64,000 nucleotides of DNA, taken from an uncultured Eubacteriales bacterium. GTDB lineage: Bacteria; Bacillota; Clostridia; Oscillospirales; CAG-272. The translations under genes were made by a program, and so were the position numbers. Shown here piece after piece: positions 57,113 to 64,000 of the stretch. Numbering within the stretch: position 1 is the stretch's first letter; every line of letters begins with the position of its first letter. Location of the stretch: assembly GCA_934365155.1 (NCBI GenBank), contig CAKRMZ010000002.1, forward strand, positions 36,645-100,644, given 5' to 3'. A model generated the notes under the pieces. It was not told the DNA's origin, made no database searches, and saw only the letters and a list, made by a program, of their open reading frames with translations.

Positions 57113-57295
57113 TTGACATCAGACGAAAAGATATTCTGGGCGGAAGAGCTTTTGCGTCAAAAATACAGTCAATTAGGCAGACTGCCCCGAAAAAATGATT
57201 TCGATGATGCGACTTGTTCCCGAATCAAGGCTTTTCTCGGTCCGTGGCCAAGGGCATTGGAAGCTGCCGGAATAAAAGAAGCCAAAAAAAGATGA
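57113..57295 (+). CDS. 60-aa protein resembling a single homing-endonuclease-associated (HEARO/HNH_repeat-like) helical repeat
   Basis: Strong RBS TAAGGAGGG 9 nt before TTG 57113. The sequence LGRLPRKNDFDDATCSRIKAFLGPWPRALEAAGI follows the pattern G+xPxxxxF.......I...FGxWxxALxxAG. Confidence 0.55.
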   Translation: MTSDEKIFWAEELLRQKYSQLGRLPRKNDFDDATCSRIKAFLGPWPRALEAAGIKEAKKR

Positions 57296-57449
57296 GGCCG
57301 GAAGATCAAAAGAAGATTTTATTTCCATACGAAAAATCCATGCTTTCGGGTATGAAACATTCATAGCGGCGGTCTGACGCAAAATAGGGCATTCACACAG
57401 AAAGCCCTTGAAACAAAAATACGGATTACTCTATCGGAAGGAGCAAAAA

Positions 57450-60400
57450 ATGAAAATAAGATGGAAACAAATATTGGCCGGGTTCCTTACATTCATGATG
57501 ATAATATCGGTCATTCCGTTGACGGTATCGGCAACCGAAACGGAGCGGACAATTACGACATATGAAGAATTAAAGCAATTTGCAGAAGAGGTAAACCGCG
57601 GCAACACATTTGAGGGAACAACCGTTATTCTTGCCGCAAATATAGCACTCGGCGGGGAGAGCAACCCGTGGACGGCAATCGGAACAGCTTCGGCACCGTT
57701 TAAGGGGACCTTTGACGGCGGATACCATGTGATCAGTGAACTTTCTGTTTCCTCCGGCTCGTGCGTCGGGTTCTTCGGCAACGTCAACGGAGGAACAGTT
57801 AAGAATTTAGTGATAAGAGGCAGTGTCAGCGGTTCATCCGAAGTGGGGGGGATCGTTGGCAGCCTGACAAACGGAAAGGTGATAAACTGCGGTAACGAGG
57901 CGGATGTATCCGGCGGACGAGGAGTCGGCGGCGTGGTTGGCTCGGTAAACAATGACTGCATCATCAGCGGCTGTTATAATACCGGAACGGTCCGTGCAAC
58001 AACCGGCTATATCGGAGGAGTTACCGGCGAACACTGGAAAACCGGTACTTTGGAAAACTGCTATAATGTCGGCGCGGTATCGGGACCGGCAACGGTCGGC
58101 GGCGTGGCCGGAGGACATCAGGCTGCAAATCCCGTGCTTACCAATTGCTATAATGCGGGAAAGGTAACAATTTCGGAAGGCGGCAGCGGAACCAGAGTCG
58201 GTGCGGTGCTCGGTGGAAACCGGGGAGGAACGAACACAAACTGCTACTATCTTGCCGGAACGGGATCAAATGAAAAAGACGGCATTACCGAGGTGAGCGC
58301 TATTGAGGCATCCAAACTCGGAGATGCATTTCAAGCAGGGGAAGACGGAGTGCGTACCGCCGTACTTGTATGGGAAAGCATGATTTGCAAGGATGCTCCC
58401 GTTCGTCCTGCTTTCATAGAGCGTACGGCGCTTTCCGCACAGCTTGCCGGATATATTAAAGAGGCAATCAACAGCAAAAAGACAAAGGCCGGGGTCGGCA
58501 ACGGAAGCTTGCTCGGAAGTAAGGCTTATTTGTCCGGTGCAAGCTCTACGGACACAGACTGGATGGCGCTTGCTATGGGGCGCTTCGGTTATTTTGATGC
58601 GGAAGGGTACCACTATCTTGCGGATGATGGAACCGGTTATGCGGATTATCTTGCCGCAATGAAAGCATACATTGAAAAAACATATCAGGAAAACAACGGC
58701 ATTTTGCACCGGGTGAAAGCGACGGAATGGCACAGAGCGGTTGTGGCGATTGCCGCACTCGGCGGAGATCCGACCGCATTCGGTGTTTATAAGGGTTCCG
58801 CAATTGATCTGATTGCAGACGGCAGCTATAACAGCCCATTGCAATCCGGCCCCGGCACACAGGGAATTAACGGTTGGATTTGGGGACTGATTGCAATGGA
58901 CACGGGAATGTATGACGTTCCGGCGGAAGTCAAGTATTCCCGGGATACCTTTATTAAAGAAATCCTGAAAATGCAGCTTACAGACGGTGTGAACGGCAAT
59001 GAATACGGCGGATTTGTGCTCGGCGGTTTTGGTTCAAAATCCGATGTAGATATAACGGCTATGGCGATTCAGGCACTGGCGCCGTATTATACCGATGATA
59101 CTGTTTATACCTATATAAATGAAAATTCCAAAAAGGAAGTCACCAAAACCGTGCGTCAATGTGTGGATGAGGCTCTTGACTGTCTTGGTTTGATGCAAAA
59201 CGCAAACGGCGGATTTTCCTCTTGGAATACCGAAAATGCAGAGAGTATTGCGCAGGTTATCGTTGCGCTGTGCTCGGTCGGAATGGATCCGGCAAAGGAT
59301 GAGCGCTTTATCAAAAACGGCAAAACGCTTCTTGACGCGATGCTCCGTTTCCGGCTTTCGGACGGTGGATTTTGCCATGTCGTGGGCGACGGCGGAAATT
59401 CCATGGCTACGGATCAGGCGACATATGCGCTTGTTTCCTATTGGCGGTACGAAAACGAAATGCGATCCCTTTACGATATGCGTGCGGTCCAAAGCCAATC
59501 CGATCAGTTGCTGATCAAAGAGGCGATTGCCGCAATTTACGCAGCCGAAGATCCTGCTGACGCAAGCTTCAAAGCACAACTGAAAACAGCTCTTGCCGCT
59601 TTTCGTGCCGTACCGAAGAATGAACGGCGTTATGTCAGAAATTATGCTACGCTTGCTTCGATGATTGACATGATCGGCGGTGAGGCGGCGCTGGATACCG
59701 ATACGCCGTACGTTGTTTCGATTGAGGTGACCAAACAACCGGATAAAGTCAGTTATTATGAGGGAGAGCACTTTGATCCTGCCGGTATGATTGTGACCGC
59801 GCGGTACAGCGACAGCAGCACAAAAGTTCTGACCGATTATAAGCTGTCGGAAAATGCAGGACTTGCACTTTCTGTCGATACGGTTTATGTAGTCTACGGT
59901 ACGCTGAAAGCTCCTGTTTCGGTTTCCGTGCGGGAAAAGTTACCTTGGGACGGAGAGGGAACGAAAGATTCACCGTATCTTATCAAAACAGCAGAGGATT
60001 TAAATGCACTGGCTCAATATGTCAATTCCGGCAAGAGCACGACCGGTCAATATTTTTTGGTGACGGCGAACATAGACCTCAGCGACTGTGAAAAATGGAC
60101 GCCGATCGGACAGAGAAGCAGCAGACAGTTTGACGGCATTTTTGACGGACAGGGTTATGCAATTGACAATTTGTATGCTGTAAGCGGAGGATTGTTCGGC
60201 TATGCCGGAACCAACGCCGTAATCCGGAATGTCGGTGTTGCAAGCGGAGAAATTAATGCTGCCAACCGTACCTTTATCGGAGGGATTGTCGGATGGAGTA
60301 ACGGAGCCGACATTATTAACTGTTGGAACGGAGCGAATATCCTTTGCAGCGGCTATAGCGGAGGTATTGTCGGCACAGTGCGCGACGGCGGAAAGAGTAC

Positions 60401-61601
60401 AGTGAAGGGTTGCTATAATATCGGTACGATAACAGCTTCCGACACAAGAGTCGGCGGTATTGTCGGTCACCTTGGCTCAACCAACAGCGAAAAAACCAAT
60501 GAAGTTTTAATCCTTGATTGCTATAATGTCGGTACTATTACCGCTGCTGACGTTGCCGGAGGTATTGTCGGACAGGCGCAGAACGGACATGTTATTCAAA
60601 ATTGTTATAACGTCGGTACAATCAGTGTAAACGGTGTCAATATTCTCAGCGGCGCGGGCAGCATTGTCAGCGCTACGACACGGAATAACCAGATTATTAA
60701 TTGCTATTATAATTCCGAGATTAATTCTGTCGGCATTTCAAACGGTACGCAGACCGCAACCGGAAAAACAACGGCAGGAATGAAAGAAGACGCATTTTTA
60801 GCGCTTCTCGGTGAAGGATTTAAAAAAGACAGTTATGCCATTGTAAATAACGGATACCCGCTTGCCGTATGGCAGAAAACCGAGGAGGCAGATGCCGTGG
60901 ATGCCGTGATTGCGATGATTGATGCGATCGAAGAGGTAACTCTCGAACGTGCACCGGAAATCGTCGCGGCAAGAAGTGCTTATGATGGCCTTGACAGTAC
61001 GTTAAAACCTTATGTTTCGAATCTTTCTGCATTAGAGGAAGCGGAACAGACGCTTGCGGCAATGCAAGCCTTAGAGCAAGCCAAAAATGAGGCGCTTTGG
61101 CAGCTTGAAAACTATAAGGATCCGTCGGAATATCGTAAGGATCAGCAAAACGAGCTTGCCGATATCATTTCCGATTGTTGTACCTCCATTTCCGAGGCGA
61201 CGGATATAGACGCCGTAGCTGCCGCACTCGCATCGGCAAAAGCAAAGCTCGACAGTATTCCGACAAATCGGGAGCTTACAGATCGGGAGGCGGCAAAAGC
61301 GGTTTCCGATCAAATCGATGCGATCGGAGAGATTGGTCTTGATAAAGAAGCTGCGATCCGCACCGCACGTGCTGCGTATGATGCACTGACCGATACGGCA
61401 AAAGCATTCGTCGGTAATATCGATGTGCTTGAGAATGCGGAGAAAGCGCTTGCAGTTTTGAAAGAATCGGAAAGCAAAGGGAACGATAACGGTTCTTCTC
61501 CGACGACCGGAGACCGTGACGCTGTTCTGCCGTGCCTGTTAATGCTGATAAGCCTCGGCGGTGTTATCATTACAAGAAAAAATAAGAAAACCGGTATTTG
61601 A
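57450..61601 (+). CDS. Cell-wall-anchored (SPxTG) mosaic surface protein: signal peptide, GLUG array 1, alpha/alpha-toroid (prenyltransferase/transcobalamin-alpha-like) domain, Big_3-like Ig domain, GLUG array 2, helical repeats
   Basis: GGAAGGAG RBS before ATG 57450. Signal peptide MKIRWKQILAGFLTFMMIISVIPLTVSA. Repeated (V/I)GG(I/V)(V/A/T)G GLUG-type motifs occupy 57.55-58.38 kb and 59.95-60.83 kb. Toroid repeat motifs are WMALAMGRFGY, QGINGWIWGLIAMD, DITAMAIQALAPYY, NGGFSSW and SDGGFCHV. The sorting signal is SPTTG (61497-61511), then a TM and RKNKKTGI. Confidence 0.85.
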   Translation: MKIRWKQILAGFLTFMMIISVIPLTVSATETERTITTYEELKQFAEEVNRGNTFEGTTVILAANIALGGESNPWTAIGTASAPFKGTFDGGYHVISELSVSSGSCVGFFGNVNGGTVKNLVIRGSVSGSSEVGGIVGSLTNGKVINCGNEADVSGGRGVGGVVGSVNNDCIISGCYNTGTVRATTGYIGGVTGEHWKTGTLENCYNVGAVSGPATVGGVAGGHQAANPVLTNCYNAGKVTISEGGSGTRVGAVLGGNRGGTNTNCYYLAGTGSNEKDGITEVSAIEASKLGDAFQAGEDGVRTAVLVWESMICKDAPVRPAFIERTALSAQLAGYIKEAINSKKTKAGVGNGSLLGSKAYLSGASSTDTDWMALAMGRFGYFDAEGYHYLADDGTGYADYLAAMKAYIEKTYQENNGILHRVKATEWHRAVVAIAALGGDPTAFGVYKGSAIDLIADGSYNSPLQSGPGTQGINGWIWGLIAMDTGMYDVPAEVKYSRDTFIKEILKMQLTDGVNGNEYGGFVLGGFGSKSDVDITAMAIQALAPYYTDDTVYTYINENSKKEVTKTVRQCVDEALDCLGLMQNANGGFSSWNTENAESIAQVIVALCSVGMDPAKDERFIKNGKTLLDAMLRFRLSDGGFCHVVGDGGNSMATDQATYALVSYWRYENEMRSLYDMRAVQSQSDQLLIKEAIAAIYAAEDPADASFKAQLKTALAAFRAVPKNERRYVRNYATLASMIDMIGGEAALDTDTPYVVSIEVTKQPDKVSYYEGEHFDPAGMIVTARYSDSSTKVLTDYKLSENAGLALSVDTVYVVYGTLKAPVSVSVREKLPWDGEGTKDSPYLIKTAEDLNALAQYVNSGKSTTGQYFLVTANIDLSDCEKWTPIGQRSSRQFDGIFDGQGYAIDNLYAVSGGLFGYAGTNAVIRNVGVASGEINAANRTFIGGIVGWSNGADIINCWNGANILCSGYSGGIVGTVRDGGKSTVKGCYNIGTITASDTRVGGIVGHLGSTNSEKTNEVLILDCYNVGTITAADVAGGIVGQAQNGHVIQNCYNVGTISVNGVNILSGAGSIVSATTRNNQIINCYYNSEINSVGISNGTQTATGKTTAGMKEDAFLALLGEGFKKDSYAIVNNGYPLAVWQKTEEADAVDAVIAMIDAIEEVTLERAPEIVAARSAYDGLDSTLKPYVSNLSALEEAEQTLAAMQALEQAKNEALWQLENYKDPSEYRKDQQNELADIISDCCTSISEATDIDAVAAALASAKAKLDSIPTNRELTDREAAKAVSDQIDAIGEIGLDKEAAIRTARAAYDALTDTAKAFVGNIDVLENAEKALAVLKESESKGNDNGSSPTTGDRDAVLPCLLMLISLGGVIITRKNKKTGI

Positions 61602-61610
61602 AAGGAATGA

Positions 61611-61634
61611 GCATGCGGCAAAAATGCCGCATGC
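61611..61634 (+). repeat. Perfect 10-bp stem / 4-nt loop intercistronic hairpin
   Basis: GCATGCGGCA-aaaa-TGCCGCATGC, lying between the stop at 61601 and the RBS at 61651. No U-tract follows. Confidence 0.7.
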
Positions 61635-61666
61635 CCCTTTCCCACTTGAACGGAGGAATTTATAAG

Positions 61667-63193
61667 ATGAACATCAAAAAGCGGATGACCGCTTTTGTGT
61701 GTATGTGTTTAATACTGATTCTGTCTGTTTTGGCTGCCTTATCGGTCACTGCGGCGACCGGCCCGACACTCAGCACGACATTGACGGATCATCTTGTTCA
61801 GCGCGGCAGCAAAAAGACGTTTGATGTTTGGGCGCGGAATGCCTCCGGCAATAAGATTAAGGCGGTTGTTAAGCTGAACGGACAAAAGCTTGAACCGACA
61901 TGGGATGATAACGAAAAAACCAGCTATACGCTGATATTTACCAAAGAGGGTGAAAATATTGTCAGTGTTTCCGCATCATCTGACGGCGGAAAGAAAAAAG
62001 AATTAAGCTATCATATCACCTATTGTAAAGCGAATGATGGCGATGTAATCGGCACGGCTGTATGGAGCGTTGAAACCTTCAGCCTCGGCTGCGGCTATTT
62101 GATTTACCCCTTGGAGGTTCCGATATATGAGGGAGAAAACGCGGCCGAACAGCTGATTCGTTTGCTCCATGAAAACGGCTTTGTCGGTTATTATGGTGGC
62201 GATGTGAAGAAATCTTTTTATCTTGCCTATATTGCAGACGGTACGGCATGCGGAGAAAGGTACAATACATATCGGAAAAGCGGCGTTCCGAATGCGCCGC
62301 GGCAATTGAATCTTTTTCCGTCTGTTCCTTCGCTCCTCATCCCATACCTGCGGGATACCATGACTTTTTTCGACCCGGAGGATTATACAAAAAACTGGAC
62401 CGGATATCTCGGTGAGTTTGCAATAACGAATGGTTCCGGATGGATGTACTGTGTGAACAACGTTTTTCCCAATGTCGGATTTGCAGACTGTTATCTTTCC
62501 GACGGAGATGTGGTCCGTGTGCAGTTTACTCTGGGATACGGGGCGGATATTGGCGGTGGCAGCGCAATGGGGAATTCGGGAAGTGTGATGTCCGGTTCCT
62601 ATTATTTAACAGCGAATAAAGATGTGCTGACAAAAGCAATCAGTTCTGCACGTGCTTCGGGATTTCTTAGCCGCAGCAATGTAAAAGCGGCCTATGATAA
62701 TGCTTTAAAGGCGGCAGCTACGTTGGATGCTGCCCAGGATAAAATTGATGCCGCGGCAAATGCACTGCAAAATGCGCTTGCTTCTCCGTCTCCGGATAAA
62801 ACGGAGGACGAAGATAACAGCGGCAACACGGAGTATATTCCGAGAGAAACCGACAGAATTCCCGATACGGCGGACGGTGCCCATCGTGAAACCGATGCGA
62901 GCGCCTCTGCCGACGATCCAAAACTTACATCTACCCCGGAAAATACAAACACATCGGATTCATTCGCGATCTCCGATCGGGGAACCGTTACGGGTATCGA
63001 CAAAATAGATACCGCAAGCGGGCAAACGAAAACGGATACCCTTTCGGGGAAATCTTTTAGCACAGCGGCCGTGATCGGGGTATCGGTGATTATTTGTATT
63101 GTTGCGCTGATAGCGGTAGGGCTGATTATTCGGATACGGAAAAAGGAAAAGAACAGCACCCATGTTGACCGGGGAGGGAAATCGGACGGATGA
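61667..63193 (+). CDS. Secreted, C-terminally membrane-anchored protein with Ig-like N-domain and DUF4430 (transcobalamin/intrinsic-factor beta-domain-like) domain
   Basis: CGGAGGAA RBS. Signal peptide MNIKKRMTAFVCMCLILILSVLAALSVTAA. The DUF4430-type segment runs from GTAVWSVETFSLGCGYLIYP to GEFAITNGSGWMYCVNNVFPNVGFADCYLSDGDVVRVQFT (~62050-62545). A low-complexity acidic linker is followed by the C-terminal TM AAVIGVSVIICIVALIAVGLII and RIRKKEK. Confidence 0.8.
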   Translation: MNIKKRMTAFVCMCLILILSVLAALSVTAATGPTLSTTLTDHLVQRGSKKTFDVWARNASGNKIKAVVKLNGQKLEPTWDDNEKTSYTLIFTKEGENIVSVSASSDGGKKKELSYHITYCKANDGDVIGTAVWSVETFSLGCGYLIYPLEVPIYEGENAAEQLIRLLHENGFVGYYGGDVKKSFYLAYIADGTACGERYNTYRKSGVPNAPRQLNLFPSVPSLLIPYLRDTMTFFDPEDYTKNWTGYLGEFAITNGSGWMYCVNNVFPNVGFADCYLSDGDVVRVQFTLGYGADIGGGSAMGNSGSVMSGSYYLTANKDVLTKAISSARASGFLSRSNVKAAYDNALKAAATLDAAQDKIDAAANALQNALASPSPDKTEDEDNSGNTEYIPRETDRIPDTADGAHRETDASASADDPKLTSTPENTNTSDSFAISDRGTVTGIDKIDTASGQTKTDTLSGKSFSTAAVIGVSVIICIVALIAVGLIIRIRKKEKNSTHVDRGGKSDG

Positions 63194-64000
63194 ATAAAAG
63201 AATTGTCGGTGCGGCACTATGTATCTGCTTGTTGCTATCTTTGTTTTGTATATTTTCGAATGCGGCAAGCGCGTCCGACACAGCGCTGTCGGTAGCAAAA
63301 GAAATTATTGCATGGAAAAAGGCGGATAACGGTGCGGCCCCGGAGGATGATCTTATCAATGAAAAGTATCTTGCATTGGCCGGCACGACTCCGGGAGATT
63401 GGTATCCGATCGCGCTCGGCAGGCTTGGTATCACCGACAACAATGCAGGATATCTTTCCGTTATCAAGGATCAAATTGAAAAGCGTTACCGGAGTCCCGG
63501 CAAGCTCAGCGCCGCCAAGGCCACGGAGTGGCACCGTATTGCGTTGGCAGTTTTGTCAATGGGCGGCGATCCGACGCAATTCGGTTCGGATGAAAACGGG
63601 AATCCGATCAATCTGATTGCGGACGGCACCTACAACCGCGGGAGGACGGCATCGCTCGGCAGGCAGGGAATCAACGGCTGGATATGGGGCTTGATTGCTC
63701 TTGACAGCCTGCGATACGAAGTGCCGGTAGATGCTTACTATACGCGGGATGACATTATAATCGAGATTTTGAGGCAGCAGCTTTCGTCCGGAGGGTTTGC
63801 ACTCAGCGGCAAAACGGCGGATCCGGATATTACGGCGATGGCGATCCAAGCGCTGGCTCCGTATTATAACAGCGAAAAGACATATACGTATACACAAAAG
63901 GAATCGGGACGGGAGCTTAGCCAAAATGTTCATACGGTTATTGAGGAAGCTTTGTCATGCCTTTCCCTTTTGCAGCTTGACACCGGCGATTTTGAGAGCT
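63190..64000 (+). CDS. Secreted alpha/alpha-toroid protein, paralogue of the central domain of the 57450 gene (partial, runs off window)
   Basis: This ORF is not in the supplied ORF track because it has no stop inside the window. I hand-translated it from ATG 63190, which forms an ATGA overlap with the upstream stop: MNKRIVGAALCICLLLSLFCIFSNAASA...KATEWHRIALAVLSMGGDPTQFG...QGINGWIWGLIALDSLRYEVP...DPDITAMAIQALAPYYNS... Confidence 0.8.
   Translation, partial: MNKRIVGAALCICLLLSLFCIFSNAASASDTALSVAKEIIAWKKADNGAAPEDDLINEKYLALAGTTPGDWYPIALGRLGITDNNAGYLSVIKDQIEKRYRSPGKLSAAKATEWHRIALAVLSMGGDPTQFGSDENGNPINLIADGTYNRGRTASLGRQGINGWIWGLIALDSLRYEVPVDAYYTRDDIIIEILRQQLSSGGFALSGKTADPDITAMAIQALAPYYNSEKTYTYTQKESGRELSQNVHTVIEEALSCLSLLQLDTGDFES

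Noticed and set aside
57296-57449. Possible second regulatory RNA between the 60-aa ORF and the giant surface gene
   Set aside because: Only short imperfect hairpins are present (CATACGAAA.../...TTTCGGGTATG; AGGGC-N12-GCCCT), with no U-tract and no known motif. That is insufficient to call a feature.
1-64000. Mobile elements, CRISPR arrays, rRNA, prophage or defence islands
   Set aside because: I saw no transposase, integrase or recombinase motifs, no terminal inverted repeats flanking a cassette, no regularly spaced direct repeats, and no rRNA-like sequence. The only repeats are protein-level paralogies (NAGPA modules, toroid domains, GLUG arrays) and the (GCAGCC)x3 microrepeat.

Overview
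This is a dense chromosomal window from what looks like a Firmicutes/Clostridia-type genome. That placement is inferred from gene content: YaaT/PSP1, YfhO, a clostridial-type large PurL, a split PurO+AICARFT, an SPxTG sorting signal and strong AGGAGG ribosome-binding sites. I support about 50 protein genes, one tRNA-Gly(CCC), two riboswitches and many hairpin terminators. I found no rRNA, CRISPR array, transposase, integrase or prophage. Gene order: yaaT-holB (-); marR plus a two-gene ABC exporter; an envelope-glycan block (PIG-L deacetylase, a GT2-GtrA fusion, and two tandem copies of a phosphodiester-glycosidase plus anchored-unknown gene pair); a DivIVA-like gene; an orphan Fe-S hydro-lyase beta subunit; a GNAT plus HExxH islet; rarA; an amino-acid ABC importer; ygiQ; an SGNH lipoprotein; a ZTP-riboswitch-led purE-C-F-M-N-O-H-D-L-fhs operon; a tiny Cys-rich gene divergent from csoR-copA; sanA plus a processive GT2; ldhA; yfhO-MBL-pfkA; rnj; a yhaN-like ATPase; yfcE; tRNA-Gly. 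The best candidate for something new is at 56.7-64.0 kb. A cobalamin riboswitch with a terminator platform precedes a 60-aa HEARO-like ORF and three secreted or anchored proteins. Together these three carry the two halves of a transcobalamin/intrinsic-factor-type B12 binder: alpha/alpha-toroid domains in ORF1 and ORF3, and a DUF4430 beta-like domain in ORF2. In ORF1 the toroid is embedded in a GLUG-repeat, SPxTG wall-anchored giant. I read this cluster as a putative B12-repressed, cell-surface corrinoid-capture system, and it runs off the window edge. All calls rest on reading motifs in the supplied translations and DNA. No database search or folding program was run.
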